From positions 54,315 to 86,314 of the forward strand of contig JAUSKK010000038.1 in NCBI GenBank assembly GCA_030649345.1: 32,000 bases of DNA, in the 5' to 3' direction. A program made the translations under genes and the position numbers. The stretch is from Candidatus Iainarchaeum sp. (lineage in GTDB: Archaea > Iainarchaeota > Iainarchaeia > Iainarchaeales > 0-14-0-20-34-12). Each line of letters starts with the position of its first letter. The first letter of the stretch is position 1. Positions 1-9,207 of the stretch are shown in pieces. The notes under the pieces are model-generated. The model saw nothing but the letters and a program-made list of their open reading frames with translations. It was not told the origin of the DNA and did not search any database.

Positions 1-50
1 CAAAAATAAAAACAAACCTGAAATAGGCTTTTTCTTGCATTTGCATAGTT

Positions 51-58
51 TTTTAAAT
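51..58 (+). promoter_or_regulatory. TATA-like box (TTTTAAAT) upstream of lipoprotein gene; GGAGG at 87-91
   Basis: TTTTAAAT lies about 40 nt upstream of the ATG at 98. GGAGG sits 7 nt before the ATG. Confidence 0.35.
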
Positions 59-97
59 TAATTTAGTATCAATTAACTAATCATTTGGAGGCTTTAT

Positions 98-796
98 ATG
101 AATAAATCTTTTTTAACCGTTGGCTTATTGTTGGTCATAGCTTTGTTGGTATTTGGTTGCACGAATTCAACTACTTCAACTACTGGTTCTACTGGAACTG
201 GTGTAAGCAATCCTTTGACTGCGTTTGCTCAAACATTTAGTAATCAAGCACCGGCTGGTTTTTCAATTACGTATAATATGAATTTAACTGGAACTCAAAC
301 AAGCAATTCTGTGTATGTTAGTCAAAATAAATTCAGAACAGACAGTACCTTTAATGGTGTTCAAACTCGAGTCATTGTCACGGATGCTATTGCTGCTGTA
401 TGCAATCAAGAAAATAGTGTATGGCAATGTGTTGAAACTCCTGCTACTCCAGAAGAAAAACTGCAAGTCTATAATTCAACTTCTTTAAATCAAGCACAAT
501 TGGATGAATTGAATAAATTCCAAATTACGGAAGCTCCTTCTAGAACTGTTTTAGGAATTGCTGCAAAATGTTTCAATATGTCTAGGACAGACGACAATGA
601 TACACCGGAAACAACCGATGACGAAACTGTTACAGGTTTAACGTGTTATCATCCGAATGCATTTGTAACCTTGTATTCTGAATTGAATACTTCACAAGGC
701 AATTTAGTTCAGGAAGCAACTGCTGTAAGCTTAACTGCTCCAGCAGATTCAGAATTTGCTTTGCCAGCTGCATTAACCAGCCAGCCAACGGAATAG
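98..796 (+). CDS. Secreted lipoprotein, unknown function (paralog of 2370..3146)
   Basis: N-terminus MNKSFLTVGLLLVIALLVFGC is a signal peptide with a lipobox-like LVFGC, followed by a Thr/Ser-rich linker. It shares AKC(F/Y), C(Y/F)HP and F(A/V)LPA motifs with 2370..3146. Confidence 0.8.
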   Translation: MNKSFLTVGLLLVIALLVFGCTNSTTSTTGSTGTGVSNPLTAFAQTFSNQAPAGFSITYNMNLTGTQTSNSVYVSQNKFRTDSTFNGVQTRVIVTDAIAAVCNQENSVWQCVETPATPEEKLQVYNSTSLNQAQLDELNKFQITEAPSRTVLGIAAKCFNMSRTDDNDTPETTDDETVTGLTCYHPNAFVTLYSELNTSQGNLVQEATAVSLTAPADSEFALPAALTSQPTE

Positions 797-826
797 AATT
801 AACTATTCAATAGAATTATTTGCAGT

Positions 827-870
827 GGAACAGAATAAACTGTTCCTAGTTTTCTTTTTTTATTTTTTTA
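827..870 (+). terminator. Hairpin plus T-tract terminator after lipoprotein gene
   Basis: GGAACAG-aataaa-CTGTTCC is a perfect 7-bp stem (827-846), followed by a T-rich run to about 870. Confidence 0.55.
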
Positions 871-978
871 ATTAATTTTTTGTTTTTTTAAAATTAGATT
901 TTTGTTAATTGGAATTTGTTTTTATTTTTTAAGTTCTATTTTAAAAATTAGTTTTTTGAATTTTTAGTTTTTTGCGAA

Positions 979-2250
979 TTAAACTTTTTTAATTAATTGC
1001 ATTCGTTCTGCTCCAATTCCAATTAATTTAATGGGAACATTTAATTCGTGTTCAATGAATTCAACATATTTGCGTGCACTTTGCGGTAATTCGTAATAGT
1101 TTTTGATTTCATTTGCATTAAAGTCAAATCCAGGCAAAGTCAAATAATCGGGTTCGCATTTTCCTAATTCTTGAATGGTTGCAGGCAAATCATGCAGACA
1201 AGTTTCTCCTTTATGATAACCTGTGCAAATTTTAATTTCCTTTAATCCAGACAATACATCTAATTTGGTTAAAGCAATTTCGCTGACATTGTTTAATCTT
1301 CTGGCAGTTCTTAATTGCACTAAATCTAACCATCCCACTCGTCTAGGTCTTCCAGTGGTTGTTCCAAATTCGTTTCCTTTGGTTCTAAGTTCTTCTTCTA
1401 AAGATCCGTTCATTTCTGTAATAAATGGTCCAGAACCAACTCGGGTTGTATAGGCTTTAGCTATTCCAATTACTTTATCAATTACATTCGGGCCTAAACC
1501 TACTCCGACCAATGCATGCGCTGCCAAAGGATGAGAACTGGTCACAAACGGATAAGTTCCAAAGTCATTGTCTAAAAAAGTTCCTTGAGCGCCTTCAAAT
1601 AAAATTTTTTTATTATTTCGCAAAGCATTATCTAACAATAAAGAAACATCTCCCATAAAAGGCTTGATTTTTTTTCCATATTCGACATATTCTTTGAGTA
1701 AATCTTCTAATTTGAGTGTATCTTGGACACCATATACTTTTTCTAAAATTGCTTTTTTGGTTGGCAGAATTTCTTTTAATTTTTCTTCCAATCTTTTTTC
1801 GTCAATAATATCTTCAATTCGAATTCCTGTACGAGAAGCTTTGTCTGCATAACAAGGGCCAATGCCTCGTTTGGTGGTTCCAATATTTCCAACACCGCTT
1901 TTGGTTTCCACAACTTCATCTAAAAGAATATGGTACGGCATGATGACTTGCGCGCGAGGATCAATGACTGCATTGATTGAATCGAAATTTTTTTGAGCAG
2001 TTTCAATTTCTTGAATTAGTCCTTGCGGATTAATGACCATGCCGGCTCCCAGCATGACTTGTTTTTTTTGAAGAATTCCAGAAGGAAGTAAATGAAACTT
2101 GTATACTTTGTCTCCAACCACTACAGTATGCCCTGCATTGTTTCCGCCTTGATAGCGTACCACAATATCGGCATCTTTAGCAATATGGTCGGCAATTTTT
2201 CCTTTGCCTTCATCGCCCCATTGCAGGCCTACAATAATCCAAGCTGACAA
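979..2250 (-). CDS. purA: Adenylosuccinate synthetase (long, bacterial-like form, 423 aa)
   Basis: Motifs QWGDEGKGK, GGNNAGHT, TTKRGIGP and GTTTGRPRR; full-length ORF. Confidence 0.97.
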   Translation of the reverse strand: MSAWIIVGLQWGDEGKGKIADHIAKDADIVVRYQGGNNAGHTVVVGDKVYKFHLLPSGILQKKQVMLGAGMVINPQGLIQEIETAQKNFDSINAVIDPRAQVIMPYHILLDEVVETKSGVGNIGTTKRGIGPCYADKASRTGIRIEDIIDEKRLEEKLKEILPTKKAILEKVYGVQDTLKLEDLLKEYVEYGKKIKPFMGDVSLLLDNALRNNKKILFEGAQGTFLDNDFGTYPFVTSSHPLAAHALVGVGLGPNVIDKVIGIAKAYTTRVGSGPFITEMNGSLEEELRTKGNEFGTTTGRPRRVGWLDLVQLRTARRLNNVSEIALTKLDVLSGLKEIKICTGYHKGETCLHDLPATIQELGKCEPDYLTLPGFDFNANEIKNYYELPQSARKYVEFIEHELNVPIKLIGIGAERMQLIKKV

Positions 2251-2369
2251 ACAGGTTCCCTTCAGAATTTTAGTTCCAACTGGCTTTTAAAGCAAAGCGT
2301 TTTTTGTAAAGAAATCTTTTTAAAGAACAAATTCCTATATTTTGTATACTTTTTAATGGAGGTAATTCA

Positions 2370-3146
2370 ATGAATTTTAAATCAATTCTAATCATGGCTT
2401 TTGTTGCCTTGATTATTGCAGGATGTACTCAACCGCCTGCCAATGGTGGAACTGGAGCTAATGCAGGAACTGCAGGCAATGGTGCTGGTGCAGCCGGCGG
2501 AGCTAATGGAAATGGAGTAGCTCAAGAAATTAGTCAATTGGGAAGTGCTCCAACAGATTATTGTATAACGTATACTACTGGAACAAATACTGAAGCCTAT
2601 GGTGGCGGATCATTTGATGCAGTTGTTGAATATTGTTTAAAAGGAACTGACAAAGTTACCAATATAAGCTTTGGCGGCGGAACTCCTGGAACACCCGGTG
2701 CAGCTCCTGAAATTGTAATGACAAATTATTGTTTGCAAAATGGAACTGTAGCTAAGACTTGCGGTTCAGGTTATTGTTCGGATGATTCAAGCGGTTGTAG
2801 TGGAATGGAAGAACCTTTTGCTACTGCAAACTGGAATGAATCTGACTTAATGTATTACAAGAAAACAGCAGACCGAACTGTTGCAGGTGTTCAAGCTAAA
2901 TGTTATTCTGTGAATTTGAATGAATTAGCTCAACAAGCAGGAGCCAATATTGGCGGAGAAACATTGCCTGCTGGATCGGATCGAGTGGAATTTTGTTTCC
3001 ATCCGCAATACAAACAATTTTTGTATTATGCTTTTGGTCCAACAACAGTACAAGTTACTAATTATGTAACTCCTGCGCCGGCCAGCAAATTTGTTTTGCC
3101 TGCAGATACTGGTGCAGTTGATCCGTACGGAACTCAAACAGGTTAA
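2370..3146 (+). CDS. Secreted lipoprotein, unknown function (paralog of 98..796)
   Basis: MNFKSILIMAFVALIIAGC is a signal peptide with a lipobox, followed by a Gly/Ala/Asn-rich linker. GGAGG at 2358-2362. The C-terminal half aligns with 98..796 (AKCYSVN, CFHPQYK, FVLPAD). Confidence 0.8.
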   Translation: MNFKSILIMAFVALIIAGCTQPPANGGTGANAGTAGNGAGAAGGANGNGVAQEISQLGSAPTDYCITYTTGTNTEAYGGGSFDAVVEYCLKGTDKVTNISFGGGTPGTPGAAPEIVMTNYCLQNGTVAKTCGSGYCSDDSSGCSGMEEPFATANWNESDLMYYKKTADRTVAGVQAKCYSVNLNELAQQAGANIGGETLPAGSDRVEFCFHPQYKQFLYYAFGPTTVQVTNYVTPAPASKFVLPADTGAVDPYGTQTG

Positions 3147-3155
3147 ATAGTTTAG

Positions 3156-3197
3156 AGAAAAGAGCTTTGGCTCTTTTCTTTCTCTTTTATTTTTTTA
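3156..3197 (+). terminator. Hairpin plus T-tract terminator
   Basis: AGAAAAGAGC-tttg-GCTCTTTTCT is a perfect 10-bp stem (3156-3179), followed by ttctcttttattttttt. Confidence 0.65.
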
Positions 3198-3233
3198 AAT
3201 ACTCTTTTAAATTCTTCTATTCCCTAAGGTTTT

Positions 3234-4661
3234 ATGTTGCGTGCCTTAACTTTTGATGATGTTCTTCTTCTGCCGCAAAAATCTGATATTTTACCCAAAG
3301 ATGTTTCTTTGCGCACTAAATTAACGAATAATCTTGAACTCAATATTCCATTAATTACTGCTGCCATGGATACTGTGACTGAAGCCAAGACTGCGATTGC
3401 GATCGCCAAGCAAGGTGGAATTGGAATTATTCACAAAAATATGAGCATTGAAGCTCAAGCTGAACAAGTGGCTAAAGTAAAAAGGTCCGAAGCATTGATT
3501 GTAGAAAATCCAGTGACTGTTGCTCCCAATCAAACTTTGGCTGATTTATGGTTTATTAAAAAATCTCAAGGAATTTCTAGTTTTCCGGTAGTTCAAAATG
3601 GAAAATTAGTTGGCTTGGTTACCAATCGAGATATTCGTTTTGAAAGCAATGGTTTGAAAAAAGTTTCTGAAATGATGACTAAAGATTTAGTTACTGTAAA
3701 TAAAAAAGTTGGAGCCAGTGAAGCGATTGAAATTTTACGCAAAAATAAAGTAGAAAAATTGCCCATTGTAGACAAGCAAGGAAAATTGCAGGGATTAATT
3801 ACCAGTACAGATATTTTAAAGAAACAAAAATATCCAAATACTTTGACAGACCATCAAGGAAAATTACGCGTTGGAGCTGCCATTGGTCCAAAGGATTTTG
3901 ACAGAATTGAAAAACTAATTTCTGCTGGAGTAGATGTAATTGTTTTAGACACTGCGCATGGTCATTCTTTGAATGTGATTAATGGAATTAAAAAAATTAA
4001 AAAAGAATTTCAAATTGAATTAATTGCAGGAAATGTTGGAACTGCTCAAGGGGCTAAAGATTTATTGAATGCTGGCGCGGATGCTATTAAGGTAGGAATT
4101 GGCCCGGGCGTAATTTGCACTACTAGAATTATTACTGGCTGTGGTGTTCCGCAGTTAAGTGCAGTGCAGGCTTGTGTGAAAGCTGTAGGTGAAGATATTC
4201 CTGTTATTTCAGACGGTGGAATTCGTTATTCGGGTGATATTGTAAAAGCTTTGGCTGCTGGTGCTTCGAGTGTAATGATTGGTTCTTTGTTTGCTGGCTG
4301 TGATGAAACTCCAGGTAAACTAATTTATTTAAACAATCGAAAATTCAAACAATACAGGGGCATGGGTTCCCTGGGGGCAATGATCGAAGGTTCCAAGGAT
4401 AGGTATATGCAAGCTGATGTTATGGATAAAGACAAATTAGTTCCAGAAGGAGTAGAAGGAATTGTTCCATTTAAGGGAACTGTGGCTGAAGTATGTTTTC
4501 AGTTATTGGGCGGCTTAAAAGCCGGAATGGGAATGCAGGGTGCCAAAAATATTGCAGTATTGCAAAAAAATGCAGAATTTATAGAATTAACTTTTGCCGG
4601 ATTAAAAGAAAGCCATCCGCATGATATCAAAATCACAGAAGAAGCACCGAATTACTCGTAA
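3234..4661 (+). CDS. guaB: Inosine-5'-monophosphate dehydrogenase with CBS pair
   Basis: N-terminus [13 protein letters not shown], catalytic loop [11 protein letters not shown] with GVPQ, and an internal CBS-like pair (about aa 95-200). TATA-like CTTTTAAATT lies about 20 nt upstream. Confidence 0.97.
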   Translation: MLRALTFDDVLLLPQKSDILPKDVSLRTKLTNNLELNIPLITAAMDTVTEAKTAIAIAKQGGIGIIHKNMSIEAQAEQVAKVKRSEALIVENPVTVAPNQTLADLWFIKKSQGISSFPVVQNGKLVGLVTNRDIRFESNGLKKVSEMMTKDLVTVNKKVGASEAIEILRKNKVEKLPIVDKQGKLQGLITSTDILKKQKYPNTLTDHQGKLRVGAAIGPKDFDRIEKLISAGVDVIVLDTAHGHSLNVINGIKKIKKEFQIELIAGNVGTAQGAKDLLNAGADAIKVGIGPGVICTTRIITGCGVPQLSAVQACVKAVGEDIPVISDGGIRYSGDIVKALAAGASSVMIGSLFAGCDETPGKLIYLNNRKFKQYRGMGSLGAMIEGSKDRYMQADVMDKDKLVPEGVEGIVPFKGTVAEVCFQLLGGLKAGMGMQGAKNIAVLQKNAEFIELTFAGLKESHPHDIKITEEAPNYS

Positions 4662-4669
4662 ATTTTTTA

Positions 4670-5869
4670 ATGTTTATGTCTTTTTCAAAAATTGAGTCTG
4701 CAGTCAAAGATTTGAAAGTTGGAAAAATTATTATTGTTGTAGACGACAAAAATAGAGAAAACGAAGGAGACTTTGTTTGCTCGGGCCAGAAAATTTCTCA
4801 TCAAAAAATTAATTTCATGATCCAGCATGGCCGCGGTTTGGTGTGTGCTCCAGTTTCTGAACAAATTGCTTCTCAGTTTAATTTATTTTTAATGACCAAT
4901 CCAAGAGATTCCATGCATACCCGTTTTACAGTTTCCATTGATTTAAAACAAGGCACCAGTACAGGAATTTCTGCAGATGATAGATCTAAAACCATTCAAG
5001 CTTTATGCAATACTTCCTTAAATGAGCAGGCTTTTTCTAAACCAGGCCATGTGTTTCCTTTAATCGCACGACCTGGAGGAGTACTTCAACGAGCCGGTCA
5101 TACTGAAGCTTCGATTGATTTATTAAAATTAGCTGGCTTGAAAGAGGTTGGAGTTATTTGTGAAATTATTAAAGATGACGGAAAGATGGCCCGCTTGCCT
5201 TTTTTGAAAAAATTTGCATTAAAACATAAACTGAAAATTATTTCCATTGAAGACTTAATTCAATACAGGCTGTCTCAAGAACGTTTAGTGGAAAAAGTGA
5301 TTACGACTACTTTGCCAACTGAATTCGGCGAATTTCGAGCCATTGGTTTTCGAGACACTGTCATGAACGGACAATATTTGGTTTTAGCTAAAGGCAGTCC
5401 AGAAAATAAAAAAAATGTATTGGTTCGCGTTCATTCAGGCTGCATGACTGGTGATGTTTTTTTTTCCAAGAAATGCGATTGCCGGGAACAATTAACTGAA
5501 GCCATGAAACGAATTCAAAAAGAAGGTCAAGGAATTATTTTATATATTGCTCAACACGAAGGCCGAGGAATTGGTTTATTGAATAAATTAAAAGCCTATT
5601 CTTTGCAAGAACAAGGCTATGATACTGTGGAAGCCAATCAAGAATTGGGATTCAAAGCAGATATGCGGGAATATGGAATTGGAGCCCAGATTTTACGTGA
5701 GCTAGGCTTAACGTCCATTCGTTTGCTTTCGAATAATCCGAAGAAAATCATTGGCTTGAATGCCTATGGTTTAAAGATTGTAAAACAAATTCCATTAACC
5801 ATTAAGCCCAATAAATACAATGCCAATTATTTGAAAACCAAGAAAACCAAATTAGGGCATTTGATGTAA
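4670..5869 (+). CDS. ribBA: Bifunctional 3,4-dihydroxy-2-butanone-4-phosphate synthase / GTP cyclohydrolase II
   Basis: N-terminal half has VDDKNRENEGDFV (DHBP synthase). C-terminal half has VRVHSGCMTGDVFFSKKCDCREQL (GCH II zinc/GTP motif). Confidence 0.94.
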   Translation: MFMSFSKIESAVKDLKVGKIIIVVDDKNRENEGDFVCSGQKISHQKINFMIQHGRGLVCAPVSEQIASQFNLFLMTNPRDSMHTRFTVSIDLKQGTSTGISADDRSKTIQALCNTSLNEQAFSKPGHVFPLIARPGGVLQRAGHTEASIDLLKLAGLKEVGVICEIIKDDGKMARLPFLKKFALKHKLKIISIEDLIQYRLSQERLVEKVITTTLPTEFGEFRAIGFRDTVMNGQYLVLAKGSPENKKNVLVRVHSGCMTGDVFFSKKCDCREQLTEAMKRIQKEGQGIILYIAQHEGRGIGLLNKLKAYSLQEQGYDTVEANQELGFKADMREYGIGAQILRELGLTSIRLLSNNPKKIIGLNAYGLKIVKQIPLTIKPNKYNANYLKTKKTKLGHLM

Positions 5870-5955
5870 TGCTTTTTTTTTAAATAACCTAATTTTAGAT
5901 ATATTTATATATTTAGGTGACGTAAATATGTAATTAAGTGGTGTAAGGTGGTTTT

Positions 5956-6201
5956 ATGAAAGGCAGTGTGATTACTATTGCAATTAGCAAAGAGAGTGAG
6001 AAATTGTTGAGAACATTGGCCAGTGAAGAATTTGGCCATGAAAAAGGTGCATTGGGTAAAACAGTAAGTATGGCTATTCATTCTTTGATGGAAAAGAAAA
6101 AAAGAAAAATTGCTTCGGATGCACTTTTGGCTGATATGGCAAAAGGTTTTCATGGCGGTGGATTTAATGGGTGGAAAAATCGAAATGAAATTTACGACTA
6201 A
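5956..6201 (+). CDS. Ribbon-helix-helix-like antitoxin (VapB-type partner of the PIN toxin)
   Basis: Small ORF that overlaps the start of the downstream PIN gene by 17 nt. VITIAISKESEKLLRTLA ... GKTVSMAIHSLME fits a beta-alpha-alpha RHH pattern. Confidence 0.6.
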   Translation: MKGSVITIAISKESEKLLRTLASEEFGHEKGALGKTVSMAIHSLMEKKKRKIASDALLADMAKGFHGGGFNGWKNRNEIYD

Positions 6202-6619
6202 AGTTTTGTTAGATACCAATATTTTGATATATGCTTACGAACAAGATAACCTGGTAAAATGTTCAATTGCCCGCAAGTGTATTGAAGAAATATCCAGCAC
6301 AAATGAAATGATTTTATCTATTCAAAATTTGGCTGAGTTTTCCCGGGTTGCTAAAGAAAAACTTAAAAGTCCTCTTTCTTCTTCTGAAATAAAGTCTCAT
6401 TTAAAGATCTTTGAAAAAAGTTTTACAATTATTTATTATTCGTCCAGTTCTATTGAAGTTGCGCTTGAACTCGTGGACAAGTACGGAATCCATTTTTTTG
6501 ATGCTTTATTAACTGCAACGATGAAAGAAAATGGAATTAACACAATCTTAACTGAAAATGAAAAAGATTTTAACAAAATTCCTTGGCTGAACGTAGTTAA
6601 TCCGTTTAAGCGTGCATAG
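6185..6619 (+). CDS. vapC: PIN-domain ribonuclease toxin (VapC family)
   Basis: MKFTTKVLLDTNILIYAY (first acidic residue), LAEF, FFDALLTAT and TENEKDF give the PIN acidic quartet pattern. The start was moved from 6110 to the ATG at 6185, giving the usual 144 aa. Confidence 0.85.
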   Translation: MKFTTKVLLDTNILIYAYEQDNLVKCSIARKCIEEISSTNEMILSIQNLAEFSRVAKEKLKSPLSSSEIKSHLKIFEKSFTIIYYSSSSIEVALELVDKYGIHFFDALLTATMKENGINTILTENEKDFNKIPWLNVVNPFKRA

Positions 6620-6620
6620 T

Positions 6621-6630
6621 CTTTTTATAG
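6621..6630 (+). promoter_or_regulatory. TATA-like box for leaderless 6651 gene
   Basis: CTTTTTATAG lies 21-30 nt upstream of the ATG at 6651, with no SD. Confidence 0.4.
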
Positions 6631-6650
6631 TTCAAATTCATTCTTTTATT

Positions 6651-7256
6651 ATGCCTATTCCATCTAAGCGAATTCAAATATTGCTAGCTACTCCAGATTC
6701 TAAGCTTTCTGAATTTGAATTAAAAGTAAAAAAAGCGCAATTGGATGCTTTAACTCGTTTGGCCGAACATCGCATTCATAAACGGCCTTTTTTTCAAGGA
6801 AAGTCTCTTGCAGATTTTTCAGTAATGCATACGCCTGAATTTGAGAAAGATTCTTTACTATTTTTTTCTGCCCAAATAGCTATGGTTCATGCAATGCATT
6901 GGTATTCGGATAACGGAAAAAAGCTTTTGACTATGGATCATTTTCGCGATTTATTTGCTTTTGCAGCTCACGCCTATCATCCTGCTTTGGTGGAAGTTTT
7001 TCCGCGAAGATTTTTACGGTATGCTGAAGAGAATAATTTAAAGGTTCTTCCGTTGAAGCGTTTGCAAATCATGGCTGCGCGAGGTTTAACGCGAGAACTT
7101 TCCGGACTATTAGCTCATGCTGCTGGATTAAATCCACGAGATGTTTTATTTAGGTTTACTGGGTTTCCTTCAATTATTCATTCTCCGGGCACGCGTAAGT
7201 CTAGAGTAAAACTTAAACCTAGAATAAATTTACGGAAAAAGCCTAAGCCAAAATAA
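6651..7256 (+). CDS. Hypothetical protein with basic K/P/R tail (paralog A)
   Basis: Start chosen at MPIPSKR. Homologous to 7297..7905 (LL.TPD, W...NG+K.L, DL..FA). C-terminus is RKSRVKLKPRINLRKKPKPK. Confidence 0.7.
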   Translation: MPIPSKRIQILLATPDSKLSEFELKVKKAQLDALTRLAEHRIHKRPFFQGKSLADFSVMHTPEFEKDSLLFFSAQIAMVHAMHWYSDNGKKLLTMDHFRDLFAFAAHAYHPALVEVFPRRFLRYAEENNLKVLPLKRLQIMAARGLTRELSGLLAHAAGLNPRDVLFRFTGFPSIIHSPGTRKSRVKLKPRINLRKKPKPK

Positions 7257-7265
7257 TTTCAGAAG

Positions 7266-7275
7266 ATTTAAATTG
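7266..7275 (+). promoter_or_regulatory. TATA-like box for leaderless 7297 gene
   Basis: GATTTAAATT lies 22-31 nt upstream of the ATG at 7297. Confidence 0.4.
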
Positions 7276-7296
7276 AAGTTTGATGTATTCTTTTAA

Positions 7297-7905
7297 ATGC
7301 CGGATTCTTTTATTCCTTTAGCTCAGTTGTTGAAAACGCCTGATCGTGATTTGGAGCCTTTGGCTGTTGTAGCCAAGCATTCTCAATTTCAATTATTCAC
7401 TGCTTTGAAGTTATTTCGCACAGGTAACTTGAACGGAAGTATTGGAAAAGGAAAGCAAAGAATTCCTTCCAATGCTGAATTATTTGTTTTAGAAAGCAGA
7501 TTAAACATAATTGCTGAAGATGCTTTGGCTTCTGTTTTATTGTGGCGAACCAATAATGGAAGAAAAGTTTTGGAAACACGAGTAGCTCAAGATTTAATTT
7601 TGTTTGCAAAATCCAAATATCCTTTGGGTTTTGTTCAAAAACTAGCCAGGCATTTTGAGCATGCAATTGAAAAACACGAAATTGCTGTTCGCGAACCTGA
7701 CTTTGTAGACGCATTGTTAAGGGATCCTAGAGAGCGCGCAATTCGAATTGGGCAAGCGCATTCTGATCGATTTGTTGCTCGTGAGATTGCACAACGTTCT
7801 AAGCCTAGACCTAAACCTAAGCCAAGAATTCCAAAAAAACCAAAAAAGACAAATGCGTGGTCTGTTGTAAGAAATAAGTTTCGTTTTAAGTCTAGGCCTA
7901 AATAA
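7297..7905 (+). CDS. Hypothetical protein with basic KPKPK tail (paralog B)
   Basis: MPDSFIPLAQLLKTPD...; C-terminus is RSKPRPKPKPRIPKKPKKTNAWSVVRNKFRFKSRPK. Paralog of 6651..7256. Confidence 0.7.
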   Translation: MPDSFIPLAQLLKTPDRDLEPLAVVAKHSQFQLFTALKLFRTGNLNGSIGKGKQRIPSNAELFVLESRLNIIAEDALASVLLWRTNNGRKVLETRVAQDLILFAKSKYPLGFVQKLARHFEHAIEKHEIAVREPDFVDALLRDPRERAIRIGQAHSDRFVAREIAQRSKPRPKPKPRIPKKPKKTNAWSVVRNKFRFKSRPK

Positions 7906-7954
7906 TTCTTTAAAAAACCTTAAATACTAGTTTTGGTCTTGTTTGTTGGATCTT

Positions 7955-8524
7955 ATGGTTTTGAATAAATTTTATGACCGCTATGTAATGACTAACAATC
8001 TCAACTACAAGAACAATAATTTTTATTTATTAAAAACTCCGTTTGTAATGCTGCCAGTTGAATTATTGGGCGCCATGCTTAGAAACGAAGAAGCTCCGTA
8101 CGTTCAGTCTTTGTATTATTGGGTGAAACATTCTACGTTTAATAATTTAACCAAAGAATTTTTGACTGGAAGTGATTTGAATTCTAAAAAGGTTTTGGAT
8201 TTTTTTGAAACTTATTTTTCGGCTTCTGGTTTTGGTTTATTGCAGAATGTGGATTTAGATTTAGAACACAAGCATGCCATTGTTGTTTTAGTCAATAATC
8301 CCTTGCAAGGCAGATTAAATTTTGTTTCCCAGCTGCCTTTGGATCATTTTATGCGCGGAGTCTTAGCTGGATTATTTTCTAAATCTTTGAATTCAAATGT
8401 AGACTGTTTAGAAACTCAATGTTCTGTGTTTAACAAATTTAATGCCTGCAGGTTTGTAATTAAGCCTTTGAATGAATTTGATTTTCAAAATCCTGAAGTT
8501 CGAAGACAAATATTTATTCAGTAA
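7955..8524 (+). CDS. V4R (4-vinyl reductase) domain protein
   Basis: C-terminal DHFMRGVLAGLFS ... VDCLETQC ... ACRFVIKP matches the V4R pattern also present in 22372..22941. The start is uncertain: TTG 7943, ATG 7955 or ATG 7988. Confidence 0.7.
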   Translation: MVLNKFYDRYVMTNNLNYKNNNFYLLKTPFVMLPVELLGAMLRNEEAPYVQSLYYWVKHSTFNNLTKEFLTGSDLNSKKVLDFFETYFSASGFGLLQNVDLDLEHKHAIVVLVNNPLQGRLNFVSQLPLDHFMRGVLAGLFSKSLNSNVDCLETQCSVFNKFNACRFVIKPLNEFDFQNPEVRRQIFIQ

Positions 8525-8691
8525 TTCAAGTTTTACTTGGTTTATTGATTCCTAGGCTAAAGTAATGCGTTCGGTTTTCTTCTTTTTACTTCATTTTTTT
8601 CGGCATTTGTCCAATTACCGGTGCCCTTTTTATATTCTTTAGTGAAGAATACAATATAGTATTTTGGGTTAGTTTTAGTGGGGGCAATTGT

Positions 8692-9207
8692 GTGAATTTG
8701 CGGATAGTGTTAGCACTTTTTGTAGCTTTTATTGTTGCTGCCGGAATTTATCTTTATTCACCTAATTTTACTGGTTTGGTTGGATTAAGTGCTGTGAATT
8801 CAAGTGTTTCAATTCCAGAAGATCAGCCTTTAACAAATGCGCAAGTTCAAACTGTTGTGCAGCAATATCTTGCTGAAAATCCAATGCGTGCAAGTTATTT
8901 AAATTCTAAAGCACAAAGTAAATTGAATTCTGTTTTGCAAGAAAATCCTGGAATGACTAAAGAAGCTGTAACTGAATTAATGAATACTTTTACTCGTTCA
9001 CCGGAAGAAGAACAGCAAATGCTGCAAGAAATTGAACGCAATATGGCTGGAGTTGAAACTGTTGCAACCGGCGGGTATGAAGAAAATTTTATTTTTGGCG
9101 GAAGAACTTTTACTGAAACTGAATTAAAGAATATGACTCCAGAACAACAACAAGCATTTATTGAAGAATATGGTTTGCCAAATGGTTCGGAGGCGTATTC
9201 GAAATGA
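8692..9207 (+). CDS. N-terminally membrane-anchored protein, unknown function (first gene of surface operon)
   Basis: GTG start. MNLRIVLALFVAFIVAAGIYLY is a single TM/signal anchor. The stop overlaps the next start (ATGA at 9204-9207). GTGGGGG SD-like sequence at 8678-8684. Confidence 0.7.
   Translation: MNLRIVLALFVAFIVAAGIYLYSPNFTGLVGLSAVNSSVSIPEDQPLTNAQVQTVVQQYLAENPMRASYLNSKAQSKLNSVLQENPGMTKEAVTELMNTFTRSPEEEQQMLQEIERNMAGVETVATGGYEENFIFGGRTFTETELKNMTPEQQQAFIEEYGLPNGSEAYSK

Noticed and set aside
284-3775. Short ORFs overlapping the lipoprotein genes, purA and guaB (284-466, 1223-1453, 1664-1852, 2925-3137, 3224-3409, 3351-3533, 3593-3775)
   Set aside because: They run antisense or out of frame to confidently identified genes and have no recognisable motifs.
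6110-6184. N-terminal extensions suggested by the ORF track (vapC from 6110; 6612 for the first KPKPK protein; 20269 for the RelE-like toxin; TTG 20650 for hicB)
   Set aside because: The extensions add non-homologous residues and overlap upstream genes. Internal ATGs (6185, 6651, 20239, 20659) give canonical family N-termini and sensible coupling or TATA spacing.
5905-6219. 104-aa minus-strand ORF over the vapB-like gene
   Set aside because: It overlaps the RHH antitoxin/PIN pair, which has canonical TA organisation. Its composition is Cys/His/Phe-rich and odd, so it is likely spurious.
7397-7714. 105-aa minus-strand ORF inside 7297-7905
   Set aside because: It is antisense to a gene supported by paralogy with 6651-7256.
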